Shown here: piece by piece, positions 7,295 through 17,027 of the stretch
How the letters are laid out: every line of letters starts with the position of its first letter
Position numbering within the stretch: the stretch's first letter is position 1
Source: Escherichia coli
GTDB taxonomy: Bacteria; Pseudomonadota; Gammaproteobacteria; Enterobacterales; Enterobacteriaceae
Strand: one strand, 5' to 3'
Assembly: GCF_003018255.1 (NCBI RefSeq)
Contig: NZ_CP027440.1
DNA: 64,000 nucleotides
The notes under the pieces: generated by a model
What the model was told of the DNA's origin: nothing
Database searches by the model: none
What the model saw: only the letters and a program-made list of their open reading frames with translations
Program-made: the position numbers and the translations under genes

Positions 7295-8884
7295 CTATTC
7301 GCGCAGCAACTTCAGCCACGGATTATTCACCGGCACTTTCTCCCCCAACACCTGCTTCGGATCTTCCATCAGAAACCCTTTCAACTGACTACTTTTCTTT
7401 TGTGGAACCCGAACCTCGCAGATCCAGATAAAACTGTCATCATTACAGCGCAGGGCCAGCCCTGACTCCTGAAACATTCGTTGCGCCAGTTTCCAGCCGT
7501 CGCCGCTATCGCCTGTGGTTTCTGCTGCGTATGTTTTAAAGATCCCCGGCGAAATCAAGAAAAGATGGTTTTCCACCACATGTACCTTGCCGTTCCGGGT
7601 ATTCACCGTGGCTGAAGGACTAGTGTGGTTCTTCAGCCACTGCAGGAAATTGTTATTGTCACCAAGCCTCGGATCGTCTGCTATCTCCGGTAACGGTTGA
7701 GTCGGTGCGCTAAGTTCAGGAGCGGGTTCGGCTTCAATTACCGGCGTTACATCACCATCGAAACAGGCCGGACGTTGATCATCCTGCCCCCAGATTACAG
7801 ACGGCGTCAGGCGCAGTAGCGTCAGCGGTTCAACGGGCGACCAGCCTTTATCCGATCGGATAATGCAGCGCCAAATCGCTTTATCTTCGTTGGCAACAAT
7901 AAGCTGATGCGTCAGCAGTTCGTCAAACAGGCGGTTATTGTTTTCCGGCACGCTGGAAACTCCATGCTGGAGCAGCCAGGCGCGAACCCGGTCGGCGGTG
8001 GTTTTGCTGATAAGCCACAGCGCATCCTCCGTCAGCCAGCCATCGGATCCGCATTCGGGATTATTGAGCCGGTACTCGTTCTGTACCAGCGACCGCAAGG
8101 CTGTAAGAAGTTGCTGGGGGAAGGAAGAGGGCTTTTGCGCCAGCGCGGTTTTGATATCGCCGCCGAGGTATCGGGCGACAGAGGCTTTATCGGCCTGCTG
8201 CACCAGTTCAGCCAGTGCGCCAGACCGTTCGTAGTGTCCGGTGAGCTGGTAAATCAGGGACGCAAAAGCCGCCGGGTATCCGGCCAGCCAGTCCAGTAAT
8301 GGCGAGGGTATCAACTGATTAATCAGCATTGCGGTAGCCGCCGGATGCAGATGATAGTCGCGACCGTGGCTCTGGTACTGCCAGCGATAAGGCTGTGCCA
8401 GATAACCCTGCCACGAATGCCAGCGGGTGCCATCACGTTGATGAATCTCCATATCCACGGCGATTTTTCCCGTATCGTGCAGTAATGCCACGCAGACCAC
8501 TGCGACCGTCCATGCGCTGGCCTGCCGGGCCTGTTCTTCCGCGCCCGCTTCCGGTGGTAGCAGATAACCCTGGCGCAGTCGGATGGCGTTGCAGGCAACC
8601 TCCAGCGAATGATCCAGCAACCCGCCGGGAGTGGAATGGTGATGACTTTGTGAGGCGGGAAGCAGTTGTACCAACGCGGCGAAGCGATGAATCGCCGCGA
8701 GGATCCAGCTATCAAACAGGGTATCCGGCAGCGGGGTCAGTTGCCGTAACTGGTGCAAACAGGACTGGCGTAACGGCGTCGCCAGCAATTGTTCTGCGGA
8801 TTGTGGCGCAAACCAGCCCTCCGGCAGCGTAGCGTCTGGCGTAGGTGGCTGGCTCTGGGATGGTCTTTTTAGCCACTTCAGCAT
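7295..8884 (-). CDS. ICE relaxase (MobH/TraI-like, HD-hydrolase motif)
   Basis: 529-aa ORF containing HHHSTPGGLLDHSLEVACNA and LLHDTGK, as in HD-domain relaxases of tRNA-inserting ICEs. Confidence 0.6.
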   Translation of the reverse strand: MLKWLKRPSQSQPPTPDATLPEGWFAPQSAEQLLATPLRQSCLHQLRQLTPLPDTLFDSWILAAIHRFAALVQLLPASQSHHHSTPGGLLDHSLEVACNAIRLRQGYLLPPEAGAEEQARQASAWTVAVVCVALLHDTGKIAVDMEIHQRDGTRWHSWQGYLAQPYRWQYQSHGRDYHLHPAATAMLINQLIPSPLLDWLAGYPAAFASLIYQLTGHYERSGALAELVQQADKASVARYLGGDIKTALAQKPSSFPQQLLTALRSLVQNEYRLNNPECGSDGWLTEDALWLISKTTADRVRAWLLQHGVSSVPENNNRLFDELLTHQLIVANEDKAIWRCIIRSDKGWSPVEPLTLLRLTPSVIWGQDDQRPACFDGDVTPVIEAEPAPELSAPTQPLPEIADDPRLGDNNNFLQWLKNHTSPSATVNTRNGKVHVVENHLFLISPGIFKTYAAETTGDSGDGWKLAQRMFQESGLALRCNDDSFIWICEVRVPQKKSSQLKGFLMEDPKQVLGEKVPVNNPWLKLLRE

Positions 8885-9057
8885 ATTTCCCCTTTCCGGG
8901 CAGGCCCCTTTGCCCTTGTCGCCCTTCCTTTGCAGTGTCTCCCTTTGGGCCTTTTACATTTTTATTAGTAAAAACGGTATGCTCTCATGTGTATATCTGG
9001 CGCTGTATTTCTGGCCGACGAGGCAAAGTGACCGACGTTTTGTCGGCCACTTTAATA

Positions 9058-9363
9058 CTACCACCAGGCATAAAACATCAGCCTGTCTCGCTCAAAATCA
9101 AACGTCTCCAGCGTCTCCTTCACCCAGAGAGTGACGGTGCGAACGTCTTTCCAGTAGTGTTCTCCATAATCGGTATAACCATAGAAAAAGCCGTCAATCG
9201 TCGGATAAACCGCGCCGCAGTTATCCGGCGTCAGGCTCTGCAGGTCGCTCAGAAGCGCCTGCAAATTTGCTTTGGTGACTTCTAACAGCACTTGGTTGCG
9301 CACCAGCCCAACGTGTTTATCCACCCATTTAAGCAGCGGATTCACCTTGCGGAAATAACCCAC
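9058..9363 (-). CDS. Hypothetical protein (101 aa)
   Basis: ORF only; sits between the relaxase and ArdC genes. Confidence 0.35.
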   Translation of the reverse strand: MGYFRKVNPLLKWVDKHVGLVRNQVLLEVTKANLQALLSDLQSLTPDNCGAVYPTIDGFFYGYTDYGEHYWKDVRTVTLWVKETLETFDFERDRLMFYAWW

Positions 9364-9442
9364 TCTGGCGTACTGGCTTTCATCGGGCGCGTTTTTTTTT
9401 CCGTTCGAAAAAGAAGAGATCGAGTCCCATACATTGATCCTC

Positions 9443-9481
9443 AGAAAAAGGGGAGCAACTTCCCGGCGGGGAAGGCTCCCC
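9443..9481 (-). terminator. Rho-independent terminator downstream of the ArdC-like gene
   Basis: GC-rich hairpin GGGGAGC...GCTCCCC (9450-9481) followed on the minus strand by a T-run (plus-strand aaaaag at 9445-9449). Confidence 0.45.
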
Positions 9482-9495
9482 GTGCGGGTGGGCTG

Positions 9496-10401
9496 TCAGG
9501 CGCTAAGCTGACAGGGTTGTGGTACAGCGTTGAGCAGCCATTCACTGGCGTGGCGCGCCATACCGCTGGCGCGGATCACCGCCCGCTTGTCCTGGCGCAG
9601 GATATCCAGCCAGTAGCCGATATAGCTGGCGTGCTGGAGCCTGCCCTGAATGCCGCAATGGGCGCACAGGAAGGCGCTACCCATCTCCTCCACTAACTCT
9701 TCAGCAGCGTAGAGTGCTTCGGTGCGTTCCGCTCCGGCAATACCGGGGCGGTTAAGGCGTGAAGCGTGTCCGGTAGCGTGCGTCAGTTCATGCAGCAGCG
9801 TGGCGTAGTACGCCTCGCTGCTTTCAAACTGTTGCGGGTGCGGCATCATCACCAGATCGGTCGCGGGTTTGTAATACGCTTTCGACTGGCGGCGATGGCG
9901 CAGCGTCACACCGCTATTCATCGTAATGGCTTCAGCCATCTCCACAGGCGTTGCGGGCCGGGTAAACGGCTCGGACAGCGCCTGCGGCAGGCCGTCGCAC
10001 TGCGACAGGTTAAACAGCCAAAATTCACGAATAATCCCGAAATGCCGCACCTTCGGCTCGCCGTCTTTATCCAGCAACGGCTGGCCGAGTGCGTCGGTCT
10101 CTTCCTGCGTGCGCGGCAGATACAACACCGCCAGAGAGGATTTCTCCCCCCGGCGCACCTGCCCGCCGAGCGCGCTGACCTGATGGAACGTCAGCCAGCG
10201 GTCGCTGGCGAAGCTCTGCCTGTCGGCGCTGTTCCACAGCAGCGGTACATTGATGCCGTGATACGGACGACCGGATAACGCATTGATCGGGAACGGCGGC
10301 TCGCCATCGCGCCACGGGCGGAGCCACGGCACATTGCCGTTTTCCAGCTCAGCGATAATCTGGTCGGTGACTTTCTGGTAGATATCGTTGCTTCTGTCCA
10401 T
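9496..10401 (-). CDS. ardC: ArdC-like antirestriction protein (DUF1738 ssDNA-binding N-domain plus zincin-like HExxH metalloprotease C-domain)
   Basis: N-terminal DIYQKVTDQIIAELENGNVPWLRPW and C-terminal LLHELTHATGH; start moved to MDRSND (10401) because it has a GAGGA ribosome-binding site. Confidence 0.75.
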   Translation of the reverse strand: MDRSNDIYQKVTDQIIAELENGNVPWLRPWRDGEPPFPINALSGRPYHGINVPLLWNSADRQSFASDRWLTFHQVSALGGQVRRGEKSSLAVLYLPRTQEETDALGQPLLDKDGEPKVRHFGIIREFWLFNLSQCDGLPQALSEPFTRPATPVEMAEAITMNSGVTLRHRRQSKAYYKPATDLVMMPHPQQFESSEAYYATLLHELTHATGHASRLNRPGIAGAERTEALYAAEELVEEMGSAFLCAHCGIQGRLQHASYIGYWLDILRQDKRAVIRASGMARHASEWLLNAVPQPCQLSA

Positions 10402-10466
10402 CGTGTGGTCCTCATGGAAAGAAGCCGGAGCCTCCTCCATCCGGAAGCGACTCCGGCGGGGAGAGG

Positions 10467-10757
10467 TTATGCCTGTTCAGCCATCGAGACCTGCACATAG
10501 TGGCCGTGATAGTTGAGCGATAGCGGTAATGCGACAGGGACTTTCATATCGCCCTGCGGCGGCTGGCAGTAGATCGTAAAGGTGACTTTCTTGCGGGATG
10601 TCCCGGCGGTGCGCAGGGTCAGCAGTACGACGAGCAACAGATTGCCCAGCCGTTCTTCCACCTGCTGCGGGTCGGCGGGAAATTCCACTGCGGATTGCCA
10701 GACATCAGGGGCGATAACCACCGGCATTAACGACGGTTTTTTATCGAAAAGCGACAT
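10467..10757 (-). CDS. Hypothetical ICE protein
   Basis: ORF with internal start MSLFDK preceded by AGGAGA; the track's longer N-terminal extension is unlikely. Confidence 0.4.
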   Translation of the reverse strand: MSLFDKKPSLMPVVIAPDVWQSAVEFPADPQQVEERLGNLLLVVLLTLRTAGTSRKKVTFTIYCQPPQGDMKVPVALPLSLNYHGHYVQVSMAEQA

Positions 10758-11048
10758 GGTGTTTCTCCTGTAAATGAGCAGGGAACACCCTTCGCAGGGC
10801 GTTTCCCTGCGGGATGGAATGGTACGGGTATCCTGCGCATCTGCGCCGTTCGCACCTTCCGGATACATGGCGAACTTACTGCATGGCTGGCGGTAGTGTT
10901 TTCTGCGCGGGTGATAAAAGGGAGGGGAAAATCATTACTGGGGCTGAAGAGTTTTGTCGTTCCTGAAATGTGAACACAGGTAGATTGATGCGCACGCATC
11001 GCTCAAAAAACGATCTTTTTCAGGCGGATACTGAAATCAGAAAAGCAT

Positions 11049-11291
11049 ATGACCTTGAACAGTAAACACAATGACTGGAGGGATATGCTAATGAACCGAC
11101 AAGATATAAACGCATTAAAGAATTTTGATTTTCTGGCGCGCAGTTTTGCCCGTATGCACGCCCTGGGCCAGCCAGTTGATATCGATGCCGTTACCGGCAA
11201 TATGAGTGATGAACAGCAAGCATGGTTCCGGGAGCGATACGACCACTACCGAAAGCAGGCTGAGCGGGCGAGAGTGATAGAACTGCGGTGA
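11049..11291 (+). CDS. Hypothetical small protein (80 aa)
   Basis: ORF followed directly by a rho-independent terminator. Confidence 0.35.
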   Translation: MTLNSKHNDWRDMLMNRQDINALKNFDFLARSFARMHALGQPVDIDAVTGNMSDEQQAWFRERYDHYRKQAERARVIELR

Positions 11292-11300
11292 TGTAACGAA

Positions 11301-11330
11301 CAACGGGCTTAACGGCCCGTTGCGTTTTTT
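11301..11330 (+). terminator. Rho-independent terminator
   Basis: Stem caacgggc / gcccgttg followed by TTTTTT (11325-11330). Confidence 0.5.
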
Positions 11331-11373
11331 CAGACTCCAGCTACCTACCACGAGATTGTCACTGACACGACAG

Positions 11374-11397
11374 TTTATGCGGTGCGCATAAACTCAG
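11374..11397 (+). repeat. Conserved inverted-repeat motif TTTATGCGGTGCGCATAAA(C)TCAG, copy 1 of 2
   Basis: Matches 49043-49066 (19/19 bp plus flanking TCAG) in the same orientation; both copies lie in intergenic DNA bounding ICE operons. Confidence 0.5.
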
Positions 11398-11435
11398 CTA
11401 CAAGCCCTGTTCATCACACCGTCAGTACGAAATCT

Positions 11436-12938
11436 TCAGGGAATGCGTGTTTTACTGACGATCATCTTCCCGACCTGTTCGCCAGCGCTGCGGATATCGC
11501 CGACCGCGCTGCCCATCCCCCCAGCGACTGCTGCGCCGATCCTGATGCCCGCCCACGTCAGCGCCCCCAGCCAGAATGCGGGTAACACCAGGAACATCAC
11601 GCCCATAATGATATTTACAATCAGATCGTCGGAGGTGTTTTGCAGGCCCCAGAGGTTGAAGTATGAGTGGGTATCGCTGTCGTACATCATCTGCATCAGC
11701 CAGTTATCCAGCCAGCGGGCCAGTTCCCACCAGAAGGTGAGAAAGAACAGGGCGAACTGCACAAAGCTCAGCGTGATGACCGTTTTAAGATCCCATGCCG
11801 AGAACAGCAGAATTACTGGAATACAAATCACCAGCGCCATTTCGAGGAACGCCTGCACCATCGGCAGCGCCTGGCGGACGTTATCAAACGCCGGAAACAG
11901 GGCGTAGCTCGAAAGCCCCGCGCCGATGATCCCGCCCACACGACTCAGCAACTGCGTCTGGCTGAGGTTATCCCCCGCACTCCCACCAAACCCGTTGTAC
12001 ACCAGTCCGCCCTGCGATACCTGCATATTGCGCGGGCTGACCAGCGAGCGCAGTACCGCTTCTTCATACTCCTCTTTAGACTGTCCCAGTTTTTGCAGTT
12101 GCTGCCAGAGCGTGGTATCGACCTGCTTCAGCAGGCGGTTTTTCAGCCCCGTATCGCCATCGGACCACCACTCCTTACACGCAGGATAGCCACCGCCACC
12201 CGTATCGCTCAGACCGTCGTCGCGGCTGGCGTCATAAGGCCAGGCGGCGCGGGGCGAACGGGAGTGATCGCGGTCGTAATAGCCTAGCGTGGCGAGGTAA
12301 AAAGACGATCCCACCCAGTCCACTTCCCGGCTTTGCTCCTCGCTAATATCGCTACTCAGCCGCTTGAGCCTTGCCCGCGACGGCCCGTAGCAGTCGTTAA
12401 CGAAATCCTGTAGCTCCTGCGCCAGTGCCGGATCGGCGAGCCGGGTGTGCTGCACCTCAAAGCGCAACTGGCGCAGGTCCGGCTTGCAGGGCAATACGGC
12501 GACGGCGGCGCTGGTGATGCCTTTGCCCAGTGCATGCGTGAAGTACCACCACACTGGAACGGAAGCGCTCTGGCCGCTGAGTTCATTAATCAAAGGTGCG
12601 TAGCCGGAATCGCCGGGCTGTACCACCGACCAGCCGCACTGCTTTGTGCGCTGGCTGTCGTAGGTGAGGGTGTTGATATCGACATTGAGGAACGGCACAC
12701 CCGCGAAGAAGATCACCAGCAGTGCGCTGTAGAGCGAGTGCTCCACCCAGACGACCAGCAGGCGGGCGACGTTGCCTTCATCGGCCCCCTGGCCGCGCGC
12801 TTTCAGCCACAGGGCAACCAGTTTTGCCAGCAGGGGCACGGCGAACAGCCCGGTGGCGGTCAGCGTCTGCCACACGCCGTTATTCACCAGCCAGCCGAGC
12901 AGGGTGAGCACGTACTCGAAATAGCTGTTGGCGGTCAT
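11436..12938 (-). CDS. ICE conjugative-transfer integral membrane protein (TraG N-terminal-domain-like)
   Basis: 500-aa hydrophobic multi-pass ORF in an operon with TraH-like and TraU-like genes. Confidence 0.5.
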   Translation of the reverse strand: MTANSYFEYVLTLLGWLVNNGVWQTLTATGLFAVPLLAKLVALWLKARGQGADEGNVARLLVVWVEHSLYSALLVIFFAGVPFLNVDINTLTYDSQRTKQCGWSVVQPGDSGYAPLINELSGQSASVPVWWYFTHALGKGITSAAVAVLPCKPDLRQLRFEVQHTRLADPALAQELQDFVNDCYGPSRARLKRLSSDISEEQSREVDWVGSSFYLATLGYYDRDHSRSPRAAWPYDASRDDGLSDTGGGGYPACKEWWSDGDTGLKNRLLKQVDTTLWQQLQKLGQSKEEYEEAVLRSLVSPRNMQVSQGGLVYNGFGGSAGDNLSQTQLLSRVGGIIGAGLSSYALFPAFDNVRQALPMVQAFLEMALVICIPVILLFSAWDLKTVITLSFVQFALFFLTFWWELARWLDNWLMQMMYDSDTHSYFNLWGLQNTSDDLIVNIIMGVMFLVLPAFWLGALTWAGIRIGAAVAGGMGSAVGDIRSAGEQVGKMIVSKTRIP

Positions 12939-14296
12939 CGCGGGCTGTCCGGCTGCGGGTTATTGAGGTTGTGCAGACGGCTGTCGCTGTCGTCCGGCAC
13001 CTCCACCACCTGTCCCTGAAGCTGGTCGCGCTGCTGTTTGCGTTGCAGGATCTGGCTGGCGGTATTGCGCGTCAGTGCCTGGCGGAAATCGAGTTCCAGC
13101 TTCAACTGGTTCAGCTCTTCATCCAGTTGGGCGGTGGTTTTGCCCAGGCTCTCCTGCGCCTCTTTGACGTTGGCGATATTGGGTTCACGCATACCTGCGA
13201 GCAGCGTACGCCGGGCCAGCAACGCCTGCTCGGTGACGCGGGCCAGCGCCAGTTCTCCCGCCAGCCGTTCGGTGAGGACGGCAACGTCCGGATCGTCGCG
13301 CAGCGCCTCGACCACGCCGCGGGTCAGTTGCATAGAACCGCCGGAAGCTTTCGCCAAATTGTCGAAGCCGGGTTTCTGACTGCCATTAACCAGATCTGTC
13401 AGGAGGGGCAGGATCTTCGCCTTTTCTTCGTCGATCAGCGGATGCAGGCCGATCCCCGCCTGCGCGCCGGAACGCGCATCCGGATCGTCGGTGACCTGCG
13501 CCACGCTGATGGTCTGCTCGCCAACGACGCGGGTCATCCACCCGGCGGCCTCTTCAGGGGATGTCCAGGTGCTACAAAGTTCCCCGTCGCATTCAGAGGA
13601 GCTAAGAGAAGTAGTGCTGGTGGCAGGCTGCTGGTTGAGGATATTCCATCCTGCGGCGGTGGCGTCATGGACTACCTTAATCGGCAGCTGGCCTTTGCCG
13701 CCGCGCTTTTCACCGCCCACCCAGCGTTTACCCTTTTCGGCGGCCTCTTTTGCCGCTTTCTGGTCGGTGCGGATGGCATCGTTATCGCTGGCGGCGAGGG
13801 ACTGGTAGTTCTCCGCTTTGGCTCCGGAAAACCAGGCGGAATCGGCCGCCAAATCGGTCATCTTCTCCGCCATTTTCTGGCAGTTCAGCAGAGACTTATC
13901 AAAATCCAGCCGCCCCTGCAGCACGCCGTTGGTCAGCAGATCATAAAGCTGCGGATTGGCGCGCTGGATAATCATCGCGGGCAGGCTGGCGACCGCCCCG
14001 GTGGCACTCTGGATAACGTTGCCCATCAGTTGCTGGAAGCCGTCGGTGATGCCGTTGAGCTGGTTGCGCACGGTGGTGTCGATGTCGAAATTGCCGCACA
14101 TCATATCGGCGTTCCAGCCAAGACCTAAGCTAAGCGGCGAGGGGCTACGGCGTACCGGAGGCGGCATGACCGCTTCACCGCCGCCAATCTGGTAGTAAAG
14201 CAGGTCGTCAACCGCGCCTCGCGTGCGGAAACTGTAGTCGTCTGCCGCCACGCAAACCCCGGCGAAAAACAATAAGACCAGGAAAAGGGCTCTCAT
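12935..14296 (-). CDS. ICE conjugative-transfer protein, TraH-like, secreted
   Basis: Signal peptide MRALFLVLLFFAGVCVA with GGAGG ribosome-binding site; 4-bp overlap with the downstream gene. Confidence 0.55.
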   Translation of the reverse strand: MRALFLVLLFFAGVCVAADDYSFRTRGAVDDLLYYQIGGGEAVMPPPVRRSPSPLSLGLGWNADMMCGNFDIDTTVRNQLNGITDGFQQLMGNVIQSATGAVASLPAMIIQRANPQLYDLLTNGVLQGRLDFDKSLLNCQKMAEKMTDLAADSAWFSGAKAENYQSLAASDNDAIRTDQKAAKEAAEKGKRWVGGEKRGGKGQLPIKVVHDATAAGWNILNQQPATSTTSLSSSECDGELCSTWTSPEEAAGWMTRVVGEQTISVAQVTDDPDARSGAQAGIGLHPLIDEEKAKILPLLTDLVNGSQKPGFDNLAKASGGSMQLTRGVVEALRDDPDVAVLTERLAGELALARVTEQALLARRTLLAGMREPNIANVKEAQESLGKTTAQLDEELNQLKLELDFRQALTRNTASQILQRKQQRDQLQGQVVEVPDDSDSRLHNLNNPQPDSPR

Positions 14297-14307
14297 CACC
14301 GCCTCCG

Positions 14308-15231
14308 TTAACCCGTACTGCCGAGAAAGGTTTGCCCCCGGCGCGGACAGCATTTATAGGGCCGCCACAGCGTCCAGGCGTACGCGCCATCCTCCGCCAG
14401 TTTGTTGGCGTAGGTGTCAGTGGCACTGCCATCCGGGAACACCGAACAGGCGGCGGATTTTTTCGGCGTGAGCATTTGCCAGCGATGGTTATCGCTGTCG
14501 CCTTCGATAACCGGGGAGGGCGGCCAGTACCCGGCGCGCGATGAGGCGGTCAGCGGCGTGTAGAGATGCGGTTGCCCGGTACGGGTCACCAGATCGGCCG
14601 CGCGCTGGGCGATAACGGCGGCGGCTTTATAGTCGTGCGTCTGGTTGATGGCTCCGGCTCGCGGGTAGATATTGCCCCACATATCGCCGTTCTGACCGAC
14701 TTCCCGCATGCCCGGCGTCAGCGCCTCCGGGTATGTCATTTCCGGCACACCGCTGCGCCACGCCAGCGTATCGGGTTGACTCAGAAAGTACGGTTGAAAA
14801 GGCTGCGATGAAGGTGAGCAGATATAGCCAAACTGGGTGAAAAATTTTGCCAGTTCATCACCCGCCGGGAAGCCGATGGCATCGGCATTCTTAAAGCGGA
14901 CCTTGCTGTGCTGGCTGGCAGAACGAGGATTCGTATCGCCGCCGCCTTCGGCAACACCGGGCAACGGTGGGCTGAGTAACGACATCTCCGCCCACGGATT
15001 CTGCCCGGTGTTGCTGTAAGCCGACACCACCAGATCCGGGCGGAAATGGCTGACCTTCACCGACGTGCGTACCGTACAGCCGAACGGCGTGCAGTACAGC
15101 CAGTAGCACAGGCCGACCACCCGGTATTTCACACAGTCCGGCGTAAGCGCAGAGGCTGCGATCTCCGGCGTAGTAATCGCCCTGAGGGGGAAAGCAGCGC
15201 ACAGCAGCAGAAGGATGTATTGGGCTCGCAT
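14308..15231 (-). CDS. ICE conjugative-transfer protein, TraU-like, secreted
   Basis: Signal peptide MRAQYILLLLCAAFPLRA; Cys-rich segment CVKYRVVGLCYWLYCTPFGC. Confidence 0.55.
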   Translation of the reverse strand: MRAQYILLLLCAAFPLRAITTPEIAASALTPDCVKYRVVGLCYWLYCTPFGCTVRTSVKVSHFRPDLVVSAYSNTGQNPWAEMSLLSPPLPGVAEGGGDTNPRSASQHSKVRFKNADAIGFPAGDELAKFFTQFGYICSPSSQPFQPYFLSQPDTLAWRSGVPEMTYPEALTPGMREVGQNGDMWGNIYPRAGAINQTHDYKAAAVIAQRAADLVTRTGQPHLYTPLTASSRAGYWPPSPVIEGDSDNHRWQMLTPKKSAACSVFPDGSATDTYANKLAEDGAYAWTLWRPYKCCPRRGQTFLGSTG

Positions 15232-15443
15232 CGCGCCTCCGACAGCAGATATTTCTTCTGTCGGGTGTACCGCAATATCTGTTCATCAACGGTATGAAAC
15301 TGGAAGCCGTTACAGAAAATTGTTGAGTTTTACATCATCACCAGACGTTGTTTCTGGTGGTATTCTCTGGTTCAGGCCTGGACTGTGAAGGCAGTTCTGG
15401 CCTGATTTTTTTTCATTTTTTATTTTGATAAGGAGCAAGGCTG

Positions 15444-16034
15444 ATGCCTGAAAAACGAAAGCATCTCACTCGTCATGAAGTGGGACAGATATTGCTTGCA
15501 GCAGACAGAGGGATCCATTTTGAGCGCGATTATTGCCTCATTCAGATGTGTTTTTTACACGGCCTGCGGGTCAGTGAACTGTGCGGGATGCGCCTGTCTG
15601 ATATCGATCTGATCGGGCGCTCGGTGTATGTCCGGCGGTTGAAAAACAGTCTCTCCACGCAGCATCCGCTGTTTGATAATGAACTGCCTGCGCTGATGCG
15701 CTGGCTGGCGGTACGCAACCGCTGGCGGGATGCGGATTCAGACTGGTTGTTCCTGTCGCAGAAGGGTGGTGCGCTGTCGCGCCATCAGGTTAGATTGTTA
15801 CTCAAACGTTACGGAGAACTGGCAGGTGTCAGCATTTCCGCTTATCCGCATATGCTGAGACACGGTTGCGGTTACGCGCTGGCAGATCTGGGGCGCGACA
15901 CCCGTCTGATACAGGATTATCTGGGGCACCGGAACATCCGGCATACGGTGATTTATACGGCGACAAATACGCAGAGGTTTATGAATGTCTGGGGAAACGT
16001 GAGAGAAAACCACACAATTAGTGCCAGAATGTAA
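15444..16034 (+). CDS. FimB/FimE-family tyrosine recombinase (fimbrial phase-switch recombinase)
   Basis: 196 aa; HPHMLRHGCGYALADLGRDTRLIQDYLGHRNIRHTVIYTA is close to the FimE C-terminal catalytic region (R-H-R-Y motifs). Confidence 0.85.
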   Translation: MPEKRKHLTRHEVGQILLAADRGIHFERDYCLIQMCFLHGLRVSELCGMRLSDIDLIGRSVYVRRLKNSLSTQHPLFDNELPALMRWLAVRNRWRDADSDWLFLSQKGGALSRHQVRLLLKRYGELAGVSISAYPHMLRHGCGYALADLGRDTRLIQDYLGHRNIRHTVIYTATNTQRFMNVWGNVRENHTISARM

Positions 16035-16160
16035 AGTAGTATCAGAAAAATTTAGCAAACTGTCAAAATTTTTCTGAGACCCCTTTTGGTAACGGACTAT
16101 CTTGTTGTTTTTAAAATAATATTTAATGTAACAAATATGTAGTCTCTCTCTGGTCCTGGC

Positions 16161-16197
16161 TGGCAACGTGCTTAAGTGGTTCACGTTGCCAGTTTTT
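16161..16197 (+). terminator. Hairpin plus T-run in the recombinase-to-fimbrial-subunit intergenic region
   Basis: tggcaacgtg...cacgttgcca stem followed by agttttta; could instead be part of a switch element. Confidence 0.35.
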
Positions 16198-16401
16198 ACT
16201 CACTCACCGCATTACGGTTTTATGCCATTTTGAAAGCCATACTTCACTTCCACTGACATTTTATTTTTCACCCCCTTCGTCCACCACATTTTCTCCTGAA
16301 CTCACCACTCTGGCACTAACGGGAAAGTCTTACGCGGGTTTTCTCGTCACCAGAGTGAATCAGGGTTGAGCCCTGAGTGATCTTTCATCAAGGAGAAACG
16401 T

Positions 16402-16914
16402 ATGAAAAAAACGATGTTAAGCGCGTGTTTTTTACTGGTGGCCGGGAATGCGGTCGCCAATGATGGCACCATCCATTTTACCGGCAGTATTACCGACCAG
16501 ACATGCACCGTGGACAGCGGTTCGCAAAACCTGAACGTCGATCTGGGCAATGTAGGGCAAACCGCACTGAACGGTGCGGCCGGGATGAAAGCCTCCCCGA
16601 CGCGCTTCACGCTCAACCTGAGTGGTTGCCCTGATACCGTTACCGGGGCGAACGTGAAGTTTGACGGGACGTCTGATGGCGTAAACCAGAACCTGCTGGC
16701 GCTGGACAGCGGTACCGGGATTGCGACCGGCGTTGGTATCGAAATCGCCGATAAAAATGGTGCAGTCATTCCTCTGCATACGGCCTCAATGGATTACCCC
16801 CTCGCGGCAGGCAGCAATACGCTGGACTTCGTCGCCCGCTATGTTTCCACCGGTACCGCGGTAACCACAGGTACAGCTAACGGTACCTCGCAGTTCACCA
16901 TTAACTACAAATAA
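16402..16914 (+). CDS. Major fimbrial subunit (type 1 / chaperone-usher pilin)
   Basis: Signal peptide, conserved Cys pair, C-terminal donor-strand-like TSQFTINYK. Confidence 0.85.
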   Translation: MKKTMLSACFLLVAGNAVANDGTIHFTGSITDQTCTVDSGSQNLNVDLGNVGQTALNGAAGMKASPTRFTLNLSGCPDTVTGANVKFDGTSDGVNQNLLALDSGTGIATGVGIEIADKNGAVIPLHTASMDYPLAAGSNTLDFVARYVSTGTAVTTGTANGTSQFTINYK

Positions 16915-17027
16915 CGCTGTGCCGTCGCGGGGTTCACCACCTCTCCCATCCTACCCGACCTGGTGTACCGCCGCATAACAGGGACTGTTTCGCAGGGATG
17001 CGTATTTTTCGTCCGGAGAACAAGAAG

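Noticed and set aside
8845-9285. 146-aa plus-strand ORF
   Set aside because: Spans an intergenic region and is antisense to the 101-aa minus-strand ORF; no ribosome-binding site; low-complexity N-terminus.
12971-14128. 385-aa plus-strand ORF
   Set aside because: Lies antisense to the TraH-like gene in GC-rich DNA; Arg/Gly/Ala-rich low-complexity translation typical of a shadow ORF; no start context.
16035-16401. fim-switch-type invertible element with 9-bp inverted repeats
   Set aside because: I could not find convincing flanking inverted repeats by eye, so it is reported only as a hypothesis, not as a feature.
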